Part shown: in pieces, positions 20,917 to 30,404 of the stretch
Layout: every line of letters begins with the position of its first letter
How positions within the stretch are numbered: the stretch's first letter is position 1
Origin: Promethearchaeati archaeon SRVP18_Atabeyarchaeia-1
GTDB taxonomy: Archaea > Asgardarchaeota > Atabeyarchaeia > Atabeyarchaeales > Atabeyarchaeaceae
Assembly: GCA_037308085.1 (NCBI GenBank)
Contig: CP147779.1
Coordinates: 928,001 to 992,000 of the forward strand
Length of the DNA stretch: 64,000 bases
Direction: 5' to 3'
The notes under the pieces: generated by a model
Told to the model about the DNA's origin: nothing
Databases searched by the model: none
The model's input: only the letters and a program-made list of their open reading frames with translations
Position numbers and translations under genes: made by a program

Positions 20917-21305
20917 GCTCCTTGACTGCCTTCTCCCTTTTTAGATAGAGTTAGAATAGCTAGGAGACTCTTAGACTTCAGTACCACCCACACTCTTTCT
21001 TTGTCATCCGCTATGCTACGTACGTCAATATACCTGTCGATCTTCTCTTGGCGCGCATGTGTGGTGCTGACTCCCAATAACGCGTTTGGCACCATTTTGA
21101 GGTGTGATCGAAACTTCTTTCCGACCCAATACCCTTATATCTGAAAAAAGTCTTTAGAAATAAAGCTGCTGGAGGCACGTTCTCTTTCTAGAAAGGCTCG
21201 GAAACCTTGCAGAACTGTGATGCAGGACGTTCTTTGTCTTTTTCAGGAGAGGAATGTACTCAAGAGCTTGTATAAAGAAAAACGAACTGAGGTGTGAAGT
21301 AGAAG

Positions 21306-21614
21306 ATGTCTTACAGAAGAGGGTCAGGCGGCGACTTCCGCGGTGGTTATGGCGGCGGAGGCAGGTCTTTCGCACCCAAACCCGTCGAAGTTGGCAAAGT
21401 ATACGACCTTGAAGTGACCGACACCAGCAAACGCGGTGAAGGTGTAGCGAAGGTCGAGGGACTTGTGGTTTTCATCCCAGGTGCGAAACCTGGGCAGAAA
21501 CTTAAGGTTAAGATAACCCGAGTTAGCCAACGCTTTGCCATCGGCGAACCGGCTGGAGCTGGCGGAGAAGAAGAAGCCGAGGAAACTGGCGTTAAAACCG
21601 CAGAAGATGAGTAA
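21306..21614 (+). CDS. Single TRAM-domain RNA chaperone with RGG N-terminus
   Basis: PKPVEVG..Y...RGEGVAKVEGLVVFIPGAKPG. Confidence 0.9.
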   Translation: MSYRRGSGGDFRGGYGGGGRSFAPKPVEVGKVYDLEVTDTSKRGEGVAKVEGLVVFIPGAKPGQKLKVKITRVSQRFAIGEPAGAGGEEEAEETGVKTAEDE

Positions 21615-22176
21615 GCTCTCCAGAACCAAGGTTTGCGAGAGCAACTCCCAGTAGTTTGTGAAGGTAGGGTCATACGGTGGATTCTTTTTTTGGACCGGCA
21701 ACCCTTCACTATTTTTTAAGACCCTGCTGACTAAGATGACCCCATAGGTAAATATGACTTTGATTGAAGTTTAGCGGTTCGAGATCCGATAACGGGTTTA
21801 TGCAAGTCCCGTCGTTTTACCCTTTCCTCTACGCATGGATTCCTCTACTCTTCGACTTCGCATCTAGACCATCCTAAATCGCGCTGGATGCGCGATTAAC
21901 GCGCTTACAAAGTGTTCAGGGGTCCGCGATTTCCTGCTGCAGCCAAGAAATCAATAGCATTAGGAACGTCACGAATAACTCTTTTGCAAGTAAAGAAATT
22001 GTGATAGTCCGCACCAATTATCTGAGCCGAGATACTCTCTTAGATTTGTCAACTTGGTTATTACGCGAGTTACAAAAGAGTAAAGGCCAGCATACCAAAA
22101 AGCAGACTGGGCGCGTGTTTCGAAGCAAATCTCTTCGATGTCGATAATATCGCTTTTCCCAGAGCTTACAAATAAG

Positions 22177-22200
22177 GGTCCTGTTACCTCTTCGGTTGGT
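22177..22200 (+). repeat. Left terminal inverted repeat
   Basis: GGTCCTGTTACCTCTTCGGTTGGT. Confidence 0.8.
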
Positions 22201-22234
22201 GAGTTTAAATAAGAGCTTTGGGTTGTCTAGTTTT

Positions 22235-23458
22235 ATGCAGGCAGCTAAAGCGGTGCAAATACCGTACGAGCCCAAAAGTTGCGTTCTCAGCCTCCTCGAA
22301 ACCTTCAGAGATATGGTTAACTATTGTATCCAAGTTGGCCTAGAGAGGAATATGGCCTCAAGGTTCAGGCTACAAAGTGAGGTATACCACCAGCTAAGCC
22401 GTTTCGGACTCCACACCTGGTACACCCTCTCAGCCGTCGAGGTTGCCTGTGCTATTTTGAAGAACTACCGGAAAGCGAAGAGAAAGCGGCAGGACGTTAG
22501 GGTGCCGAGAGCCACGAAACTCACGGCTAAACTGGGAAATCAGGGTTATAGAGTTGTTGAAGGCGAACTGAGAATACCGATCAAGCCAAGAGAGTTCTTC
22601 TACGTCCCCTTGCACAAGAGGGCAGCGCAGTTCCTATCGGACGCCACGCTCAAGTTAGGCTCAATAACCTTGACTAGCACGGTTTCAGTGGTCTTCTCGA
22701 AGACCGCTGAGGTCACCGAACCGAGAAGCTATGTGGCGTACGACACGAATGAACGCTCAATAGATGGAGCCTACGTAAACGATGAGGCGGAACTGACTGT
22801 TGAAAGCCATGATTTATCGAGGGTTTCCGAGGTTAGGCACGGGTACTTTGAGCGAGTGCGGAGGACTCAAGCCAAGTACGCGAGAGATAGGCGGGTGGCA
22901 CGGAAAATCCAGAGGAAGTGGTTCGCCAACCAGAACAACAAGGTCAACACGATCTTGCATCAGGTGAGTTCAGCGATAGTTGGAAAAGCGAAAACCAGGG
23001 AGCACGGTATTATCCTCGAAGACCTTAAATATATTCGCAGGGCAATTAACAGAAGAATCTTGGGCGTCAACAGCTTCAACGGGAAAATTCAGAAGATAAG
23101 TAAGCACTCTAAGAAACTTAAGCGAAGACTGAACTCATGGAGCTTCCGCAAGCTGCAAACCTTCATTGAATACAAGGCATTGTGGACGGAAGTCAAAGTA
23201 GTCAAGGTGAACCCTTGGAATACTTCTGGGGTCTGTGCGGTGTGTGGGTGCGTTATGCGAGACCCGAAAGCGAAAACCCTGGAATGCTGCGGGATAGGCC
23301 GCCACGTAAATGCCTGCTTGAACATGCTGAAAGCCCAAGATGAAAGCCTGCGGTTCAGGCTGGATCGCTCCGCACATGTAGCCGTGATTAGTCCCCTAAG
23401 CAAGGCTATGAGCCAAAGCGGAGAAGTTAACCCAAACGGTTATCAAGCGCAGAGGTAA
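22235..23458 (+). CDS. tnpB: TnpB-family RNA-guided endonuclease (RuvC-III D to H)
   Basis: RuvC-I AYDTN, RuvC-II ILEDL, W.F.KLQ.FIEYKA, VNP.NTS..C..CG, GRHVNACLN; TTTAAATA box 24 nt before ATG (leaderless). Confidence 0.92.
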   Translation: MQAAKAVQIPYEPKSCVLSLLETFRDMVNYCIQVGLERNMASRFRLQSEVYHQLSRFGLHTWYTLSAVEVACAILKNYRKAKRKRQDVRVPRATKLTAKLGNQGYRVVEGELRIPIKPREFFYVPLHKRAAQFLSDATLKLGSITLTSTVSVVFSKTAEVTEPRSYVAYDTNERSIDGAYVNDEAELTVESHDLSRVSEVRHGYFERVRRTQAKYARDRRVARKIQRKWFANQNNKVNTILHQVSSAIVGKAKTREHGIILEDLKYIRRAINRRILGVNSFNGKIQKISKHSKKLKRRLNSWSFRKLQTFIEYKALWTEVKVVKVNPWNTSGVCAVCGCVMRDPKAKTLECCGIGRHVNACLNMLKAQDESLRFRLDRSAHVAVISPLSKAMSQSGEVNPNGYQAQR

Positions 23459-23485
23459 CAGAACCTAAATAGGTATTAACCACTA
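23340..23485 (+). ncRNA. Putative omegaRNA (scaffold overlapping the tnpB 3' end, guide from the right flank)
   Basis: Stems AGCCTG/CAGGCT, CTCCGC/GCGGAG, TAGCC/GGCTA, TAACC/GGTTA in the non-conserved tail after RuvC-III; position typical of TnpB omegaRNA. Confidence 0.5.
23442..23465 (-). repeat. Right terminal inverted repeat (contains the tnpB stop codon)
   Basis: Reverse complement GGTTCTGTTACCTCTGCGCTTGAT. Confidence 0.8.
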
Positions 23486-23536
23486 CTTTCCTACATCGCC
23501 GCTACGTTTGGATGCACAGAGAGAGGCGACCTCGCA

Positions 23537-24601
23537 TTGTACATAGGGATGCCACGGAAATATGCGTATCTAAATGCGAAGATCAGGGCATTGATATCTA
23601 AGATGCTTAGTGCAGGAGACTACGAGAAGATCCTCCAATCCGACACGTTCGAGGAAAGCGCTAGGCTGCTGAGCACAACGGTCACTGGTGGCGAACTTGT
23701 TGAGGCGCTCACCAGACCGCAGGTAGACCTGTTTGAAGTTGACCAGGCCCTCTCCAACATCTATGCAAAGTCATTCAAAATGATATGCGAATATGCACCC
23801 AAGCAAGCTAGGCTTTTCCTAGCGACTTACTACAGCAAGATAGATGTGGACGCCCTCAAGACGATAATTCGCGCAGTGCACAGCGGAATACCGAAGGATG
23901 AGGCACTAAGATATGTTATAACGACTTCCGAGAAGAAGCGGAACGAGTATTCGAAACTCTCCGAGTCACAGTCCGTGGCTCAACTGGTGGAAGAGGTTCA
24001 AGATAGAGTCCTGAGGCAAGCAGCGATAAACGCGCTTCCTCTATACGAGTCCACCCATTCGAGCGTTCCCTTGGAGGCATCCCTCGACAGGACACTTTAC
24101 AGTCTGTTATGGGAACAGATCATCAAACTCCGTTCGATAGACAGAACCCATGCAAAGAGCTTGGTTGGGGCGAGAATAGACCTGACCAACATGCTAATCG
24201 CTTTGAGGTCTCGAGAGCTGAACTTTGGTCCGAGTGTGTTGGAACTTGTCACGATACCAGTCAGCTACAAGTTGAAGCTCAGCATGGATGACATAGCAAA
24301 AACACGCACCGCGGGAGAGTTGCTAAACATCTTCTCAGGCACCGCATACAGGGAAGTGGCTCAACAGGCACGGGAACTATTTGAGAAGGAGCCCGACCTG
24401 ACTCAGATAGAGAGCCTGGCGGACCGCTACATTGCCCACCAGAGTTTCCGAGAGTTTGCTGGCTACTCATTCCATGTCGGTATTGCCTTAGCATACCTAA
24501 ACCTTAAATTCTATGAGTTACGTAACATCAAGGCGTCAATAATAGGAAAATATGAGAAAATCCCCGCGCAGAGAATCCGTAACGTACTAATATTCTTCTA
24601 A
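23537..24601 (+). CDS. atpC: A/V-type ATP synthase subunit C (d)
   Basis: YAYLNAKIRA..SKML, IDLTN...LR, YL..KFYELRNIK. Confidence 0.88.
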   Translation: MYIGMPRKYAYLNAKIRALISKMLSAGDYEKILQSDTFEESARLLSTTVTGGELVEALTRPQVDLFEVDQALSNIYAKSFKMICEYAPKQARLFLATYYSKIDVDALKTIIRAVHSGIPKDEALRYVITTSEKKRNEYSKLSESQSVAQLVEEVQDRVLRQAAINALPLYESTHSSVPLEASLDRTLYSLLWEQIIKLRSIDRTHAKSLVGARIDLTNMLIALRSRELNFGPSVLELVTIPVSYKLKLSMDDIAKTRTAGELLNIFSGTAYREVAQQARELFEKEPDLTQIESLADRYIAHQSFREFAGYSFHVGIALAYLNLKFYELRNIKASIIGKYEKIPAQRIRNVLIFF

Positions 24602-24653
24602 TTGAAGTAGACAAATCTTGTTTCCGATGCAAATAGGAGGTTTGCGAGAAACT

Positions 24654-24989
24654 ATGCCAAAGAATCAGAAAGGTAAGAAGCCCATCATTACCCACAAGAC
24701 GCTGATTCTGCTAGTCGCAGTAATAGCCGCAGTGTCTGCAACGGTGACGATGGTTAGCGCCCAAGAGGATCCGCTTTACAGAGGCCTGATAGGAGTCGGA
24801 GTAGGTTTAGCTATGGGTCTGGCTGGTCTAGGCGCAGGTTTAGGCATGGGATCGGCAGGCGCTGCCGCAGTTGGCGCTATTAGCGAGCGGCCAGAAGTGT
24901 TCGGCAAGGCAATGATCTTCATAGTCTTCATTGAGGCTATTGGAATCTATGGTCTGCTGATAGCATTCATGCTGATAGGCAAGATATAG
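24654..24989 (+). CDS. atpK: A/V-type ATP synthase proteolipid subunit K (c) with signal peptide
   Basis: GLAGLGAGLG...GAISERPE...FIEAIGIYG; cleavable N-terminal signal (VSA/QE). Confidence 0.92.
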   Translation: MPKNQKGKKPIITHKTLILLVAVIAAVSATVTMVSAQEDPLYRGLIGVGVGLAMGLAGLGAGLGMGSAGAAAVGAISERPEVFGKAMIFIVFIEAIGIYGLLIAFMLIGKI

Positions 24990-25112
24990 ACCAGATTCAG
25001 CCTGCCTGTTTTTCCATCTTCCTTAGTCTTATTTTTATTTCTTCCACCCGGGAGATATATGCTACATGATGAAGTTTGAGCATTGCGAAGCAACGTGGCT
25101 ATGCAAGTCGGC

Positions 25113-25793
25113 TTAATCAAATAGTAGCTTAGCCACCCGAATCCTTATCTCACGAATTGCTCTATCGATTCTGGCCTCAAAAGTGTTGTCAATCATGATT
25201 GTTGCATCAGTTTTTCTGACTACAACTCCGCCGATCGACTTGGACTTTTCTTGGGACAACTTGACGGTCGTCTTCCTTCCAGTTTCCTTCTCTATGTTGC
25301 TCGAGATGGAATTGAGATCAAGGTTGGTCTTGGTACCCTTCCCAGCGAGAACTATTTCAAGCTCTCCGCCACCCAACCCTATTCCGCCTTCCTCTATTAG
25401 TTTCTGAAGTATCTTCTCGTAACCCTTTGAAGCTGTCAGTTCAATCAGTTTCTGTCTGGCTTTATCCATAGTCTCATTGATTAGTTGCTCCTTGCTTGCG
25501 ATGATCATCTGCTTTGCTTTGAGTCTTGCTTCGGCGACTTTCTGCATTTTCAGCGAGTCGGCTTCCTCTGAGCCACTCCGAGCGATCTTCTCCGCTTCCC
25601 TTTCGCCTTCTCTTCTAAGTTCTTCAATCGTTTCTTTCTTGCTTTTGTCGGCTTCCTTGAGGATCAGCTTTGCCTTATCCTCAGCCTCGTCCATGATCTT
25701 CTTCTCAATCTTCTTTATGCGTTCAGGTTCACCAGTGACTTCTATCTCCTCTATTCTCTTCTCCATCGATTCAGTGGCTTCTGCCTTGCTCAT
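25113..25793 (-). CDS. atpE: A/V-type ATP synthase subunit E
   Basis: N-terminal coiled coil, IGGVVV....IDNTFEARI. Confidence 0.88.
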   Translation of the reverse strand: MSKAEATESMEKRIEEIEVTGEPERIKKIEKKIMDEAEDKAKLILKEADKSKKETIEELRREGEREAEKIARSGSEEADSLKMQKVAEARLKAKQMIIASKEQLINETMDKARQKLIELTASKGYEKILQKLIEEGGIGLGGGELEIVLAGKGTKTNLDLNSISSNIEKETGRKTTVKLSQEKSKSIGGVVVRKTDATIMIDNTFEARIDRAIREIRIRVAKLLFD

Positions 25794-25807
25794 TATTGAT
25801 CACCAAC

Positions 25808-26125
25808 TTACTTCTGCTCGCCCATGGCGATACTAACCATGGCGTCGACAGCTAAAGGGATCTGTGATGAGGACTTACCCTTGAGTTCGTCGACCTCTTG
25901 CTTTGCGTTATTGAGGATTTCATTGCTTTCCTTTTCGGTCTCTTTATCTTTCTTTTTCCTGTAATCAGCGGCCTTCTTCTGGGCATCATCGATCAACTGT
26001 TTCTTGACCTTATCCCCCTCTTCGAGTGTCTTTTTCTTCGTCAACTCGGCCTTCTTGTTGGCGTCCTTGATGATGTCCTCCGCTTCAATCTCGATTTTTC
26101 TTATAGCTTCCAACGCGTTAGTCAT
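25808..26125 (-). CDS. A/V-type ATP synthase subunit H/G
   Basis: About 105-aa coiled coil (LEAIRKIE.EAEDII..A) upstream of subunit E. Confidence 0.75.
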   Translation of the reverse strand: MTNALEAIRKIEIEAEDIIKDANKKAELTKKKTLEEGDKVKKQLIDDAQKKAADYRKKKDKETEKESNEILNNAKQEVDELKGKSSSQIPLAVDAMVSIAMGEQK

Positions 26126-26371
26126 GGCTATCACGGTTCTTAGCTCTATACCGTCGAACGACGTTTCATATCTATTCGATTCTATTTATACGTTTTCCAA
26201 GGTGCTAGCCCTTGTTTTCAGGCAAGAGGTATCATGTGTCTCGACCTAAACCTCATGCAATAGGTTTAAATCTCGATTATTATCGACATGATAACAATTT
26301 AGTCTGTGGTCTAAAACGGGCTAACTGACTCTGAGAAGCGCTCAAGATACTTCATCCGGAGAGACGCACAC

Positions 26372-28651
26372 ATGTTTACGCCAGCAAAGATGAACATTGC
26401 GAAGATAATTTGCACGAAGGACAACGAGAGAGAGGTTGTAAGAGCGCTTCATGAATCTGGGCTCGTGCAACTCATAGATGTTGAGAAGCGAGAGGGCTCG
26501 GCCGCTCGAAGCATCGAATACGAGAAGGACATCACGGCACTGCTTGCCCGAGTCGCCAGGATCAACGACTTTCTGAGAGTAAAGAAGACTGTAGCTCCCA
26601 AATTGAGGAAACCTGTCCGTGTCTCGGACAAGACGGTAGAGGAAGCAAAGAAGTACGCGGAAGAAATCTGCGAAGCGACTGAAAAGAAGATTGAGGATCT
26701 CAGGACGTCGGTTGCCGCTGTTCAACAGGGAAAAGACGAGCAAGTAGGGTTGCTCAAGGTTGCCCAAGCGCTTGAACCGACTGGAATCGATCTATCTCAT
26801 ATGGGTGGTGGACGGGATCTCCACGCAGTAGCCGGGTTAGTGAAGTCTTTAAGGGTCAGAAGGCTGGAGTGGAACATTAAGGAAGCAACAGATGATTTGT
26901 ACATATTCAATGAGGTTCAGATCGGAAAAGCAGAGAGCGTAGTTATCATAGGCGTTTTGAAGGAGAAACGCGAAATCTTGGAGCGGGTTCTGACCTCCTT
27001 CGGATTCCAAGAGTTCCGCGTCCCACAGGGTGTCAAGGGAAGTGCAAAGCAGATCGTTTCTGCCACTCAGAAGAAGATTTCTGACTTTGAGAAGCAGGCT
27101 GCTGATTATGAAGACCAGATAGACAAGCTCGGGAAGAAGTACGGAGAAGAGTTGCTCGTTGCAGAAGAACTTCTCCTTGTTGAGAAAGACAAAATAGAAG
27201 CCCAACGTCTGTTCCGAGAAACCGCTAATACTATCGAGATCTGGGGCTGGGTTCCACAGAAATCCAAAGGTAAACTCGAACAGATAATCGGCAAGGCAAC
27301 CGGCAATACTGCCATCTTGAGTTTCACCGACCCTCAATTTCCTCCTGAAGAGTATCCTTCTTTGATGAAAGTTCCCAAAGCTGCCTCCTCATATGAGCAA
27401 CTCGTGAAAGCTTATGGAAACCCAACCTATCATGAAATAAACCCAACGGACTTCTTCCTCCTGACATTCCCAATAATATTCGGTATCATGTTCGCGGATA
27501 TTGGTCACGGAACCGTTCTGCTCTTTGCAGGACTCATAGGGTACATCTTGCAGAAGGCAAGGTACCGTGCAGGTGAGGCGATGAATTACCTCCTCAAAGG
27601 ATGTTATATGCTGATAGCATGTGGCTTCGCGTCAATCATATTTGGGCTACTGTTCGGATCAGTCTGGGGATATCATAACCCTGCATATTGGTTCACCCCA
27701 GAAAACTTGGTGGGGCAGACATACCTAATAGAACTCTCAGTGTGGATCGGGGTATTCCAAATATCATTTGGATTGATCCTGAACCTGATTAACAGAATCA
27801 TGGAGCGGAAATTCACCGAAGCAGTCTTTGTGCCATTGATGCTGCTGATCACGTATTGGTCCGCCGCGCTTCTGATATTCGGCGTTGGCACGCACGTCAC
27901 AAACGGAATATACTTCATGAATTGGTTCCTGCCCGGACCATCTCTTGTATTAAAACTGCTATGGGTAAGAGTTCCACTGCCATTCCTGTCTCCCGTCACG
28001 GTCTTCCTTCTTGGCATGATCGCCCCTGTCGTTCTCTTTATCACATATGAGATAAGGCACCGCGGCGTGGAGGGATTCGGCGAAACTCTCGATTACCTGA
28101 TATCTCTTCTGAGCAACTCTGTGTCTTTTGCTCGGATATTTGCGCTGAATATAATTCACACGGTCATAAGTGTACTGTGCTTGGAGTTGGGTGTATTCCT
28201 AGTGCCTCAAGGCCAGTCTGGTGTACTCTCGACGGAGATAGGATTCAGTATCTTCCTAATGTTTGCGATAGGGTTAGTCGCAAGGCTGCGAATCGGATTT
28301 CGCAAAGGTTTGCTGGTCGGATTGGCCATAGGGATACCGGTGGCGGTTGCTCTGATCCAGATAGGGATAGTGCAGCCGATCTTCACTCTTCCAAACTGGT
28401 TCCCGAGCGCTTCAAGTGTGAGTAGTGTTCAACTCCCAGATGCTCCCCCCGTGCTAAACCTCACTTTTATTGGGGTTCTGATTGGTAGCGTCGTTATAGT
28501 TCCGTTTGAGGGGCTACTCTCGTTCCTTCAAACCCTGCGGCTCCACTGGGTTGAGTTCTTTTCGAAATTCTATATGGGTTCTGGTGAAGAGTTCAAGCCA
28601 TTCAAAGTCGAGCGGCATTTCACGCAGGTGGCGGTGAAGGCTGAGAAATAG
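26372..28651 (+). CDS. atpI: A/V-type ATP synthase subunit I (a)
   Basis: MF.PAKM, YG.P.Y.EINPT, FGIMFADIGHG, SFARIFAL..H, LRLHWVEFFSKFY. Confidence 0.92.
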   Translation: MFTPAKMNIAKIICTKDNEREVVRALHESGLVQLIDVEKREGSAARSIEYEKDITALLARVARINDFLRVKKTVAPKLRKPVRVSDKTVEEAKKYAEEICEATEKKIEDLRTSVAAVQQGKDEQVGLLKVAQALEPTGIDLSHMGGGRDLHAVAGLVKSLRVRRLEWNIKEATDDLYIFNEVQIGKAESVVIIGVLKEKREILERVLTSFGFQEFRVPQGVKGSAKQIVSATQKKISDFEKQAADYEDQIDKLGKKYGEELLVAEELLLVEKDKIEAQRLFRETANTIEIWGWVPQKSKGKLEQIIGKATGNTAILSFTDPQFPPEEYPSLMKVPKAASSYEQLVKAYGNPTYHEINPTDFFLLTFPIIFGIMFADIGHGTVLLFAGLIGYILQKARYRAGEAMNYLLKGCYMLIACGFASIIFGLLFGSVWGYHNPAYWFTPENLVGQTYLIELSVWIGVFQISFGLILNLINRIMERKFTEAVFVPLMLLITYWSAALLIFGVGTHVTNGIYFMNWFLPGPSLVLKLLWVRVPLPFLSPVTVFLLGMIAPVVLFITYEIRHRGVEGFGETLDYLISLLSNSVSFARIFALNIIHTVISVLCLELGVFLVPQGQSGVLSTEIGFSIFLMFAIGLVARLRIGFRKGLLVGLAIGIPVAVALIQIGIVQPIFTLPNWFPSASSVSSVQLPDAPPVLNLTFIGVLIGSVVIVPFEGLLSFLQTLRLHWVEFFSKFYMGSGEEFKPFKVERHFTQVAVKAEK

Positions 28652-29453
28652 TGTGGGCTGTGGCCCTACTCCCTTCTAGGAGTTTTCGCGCGAAAGTGAT
28701 GTAGCCTGTGTGACCCACCATGAACGTCTCTGGGCGGGTTTTTCCTTCCCTGACCAATATCTTTCTCACAAGGCACTCGTAAGTCTGGATATCCTCGAAG
28801 AGACTCTCTTTCAGGGCCAGTACTGTCTTTTGAGTCTGCTCTATAGTCGGAGAATAAGACGAGATGATCCCGCTTCCCTTTAGCGCCTCCCGGGCATGTG
28901 AGACGACTAGCCATGGGGTAGCCAAATCCAAGATTACCGCATCCGCATCCTTCTCTTCAATTCCCTGAGTCACATCCTTGTTTTTGATCTCAACCCAGTT
29001 TGAGACGCCACAAAGTTCAAGGTTCTTCCTAGCCGAGTTTATGAATTCATTTCTTAACTCGTAGCTGTAGACAAACCCGGTTGGTCTGACAGAATTTGCC
29101 AGCATGGCTGTCAATGATGCACTCCCAGTGCCTGCCTCCACGATTCTGCTTCCGGGACCTAACCCACATTGGACAAGTATAAGGGCGGAATCCTTTGGGT
29201 ATACTATCTGAGTCGACCTAGCTAACTTGAGAAGAGCGAAGTCGGGTATGGTCGGCTTGAATACAAGGAATTCCTTGTTCTCAGTGCTTTCTACAATGAT
29301 TCCGAATTCCTTGCCCAATAAATCATCATGTCTGATAATACCCCTGTGAGTGTGAAGCTGGCCCCCTGGCTCAACCTTCACTATCCATCTCCGCTTATCA
29401 TCTAGGACTACGAGTGCATAATCCCCGCCATGAATAATGTTATCTTCTCGCAT
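28620..29453 (-). CDS. trmI: tRNA (adenine-N1) methyltransferase
   Basis: TQIVYPKD, EAGTGS, ILDLATPW, MVGHTGY. Confidence 0.92.
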   Translation of the reverse strand: MREDNIIHGGDYALVVLDDKRRWIVKVEPGGQLHTHRGIIRHDDLLGKEFGIIVESTENKEFLVFKPTIPDFALLKLARSTQIVYPKDSALILVQCGLGPGSRIVEAGTGSASLTAMLANSVRPTGFVYSYELRNEFINSARKNLELCGVSNWVEIKNKDVTQGIEEKDADAVILDLATPWLVVSHAREALKGSGIISSYSPTIEQTQKTVLALKESLFEDIQTYECLVRKILVREGKTRPETFMVGHTGYITFARKLLEGSRATAHTISQPSPPPA

Positions 29454-29603
29454 CTGACATCATTGGAACCAATTCGTTCAAAACAGGTAATCCCTTAGAG
29501 AGGTGTAATAACCGTAGCATCCTTTTAAACGTTAAAGAATAGTTCCAAGACGCGCTCTCTGCGACTCGTGACCCCATCTTCGAACTGGTGATAGTTCCAC
29601 GTG

Positions 29604-30116
29604 CTATCTTGGCTCTCCGATTACTAGCATGTCAACCATGTCGCTCTCCCATTCGGCGTCGCTGAAGACCCAGACCCTCTTCCCCAGCCCAAGATTGGCC
29701 TTCCTAATGATTTCCTTGGCCTGAGAAGTCTTCTCCGCATCTGGAAAGACCACTATGACACCTCTCATCGACGCGTTGTCCTTAATCGCCTGTAACCAGT
29801 CATCGATTTTCTTGCGTATTGCTCCCTCGGTCACGGGTTCAAACCAGTACTGCCACATGTAGATGTCCCTGTGTTCCATTTGATCGAGGAAAGACTCACA
29901 GCAGAAGCCGTTTACGAAAACCCTGCCTTCACAATCCCAGGCTCTGAATGTAAATGGGTCGAGCTTACAGCGGGAGCTGAGATCATGGCTGTAGTATCTA
30001 CACTCGTCCTTACTAGATGTGTGACCATAGATCAGGGCCCAAATCCTATCCTCTTTCACTCTAGGATCGGGCTTTTCTTTCGGTTTGTCCCCAGTGCCAA
30101 ATGTGGAGTTCGTCAT
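29604..30116 (-). CDS. Hypothetical protein with Cys cluster
   Basis: Long ORF; C..C..C..CC pattern; start chosen at ATG 30116. Confidence 0.55.
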   Translation of the reverse strand: MTNSTFGTGDKPKEKPDPRVKEDRIWALIYGHTSSKDECRYYSHDLSSRCKLDPFTFRAWDCEGRVFVNGFCCESFLDQMEHRDIYMWQYWFEPVTEGAIRKKIDDWLQAIKDNASMRGVIVVFPDAEKTSQAKEIIRKANLGLGKRVWVFSDAEWESDMVDMLVIGEPR

Positions 30117-30404
30117 CAGCCCCAGCACCGTGCCAGACGCTTTGCCTGAGAAAGCTTTGCTCACAGAAACTAGACAGAGAGAAGATGCATGATAGGTATA
30201 TATAAATCTCAGTCTATACTGAATTTGAGGAAACCAGTTCTGCCCCTCTTTCAACAGGTATTCAGTATTCCTTCGAGCAGCTCGCTACGGTACTAGACAA
30301 CTGATCATACCCATCAACTTATACTTATTGGTACAACATGGGCTGAAAGCAAACACACATTGCGGACTCCACTACTCTCGAATCGACATCACAGCGGACG
30401 TGTG

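Larger units (their letters stand above)
22177..23465 (+). mobile_element. Non-autonomous tnpB element with IS6-like terminal inverted repeats
   Basis: 24-bp TIRs (20/24 match) starting GGT(C/T)CTGTTAC; flanks CAAATAAG / TAAATAGG (6/8); only tnpB inside. Confidence 0.8.

Noticed and set aside
21615-21717. Two hairpins after the TRAM gene, one containing CAGAACC like the element end
   Set aside because: Better explained as 3' UTR/terminator structure; the match to the TIR is only 7 nt
26740-26750. Partial copy (AGCAAGTAGGG) of the intron motif
   Set aside because: Lies inside atpI coding sequence; an 11-nt match is expected by chance
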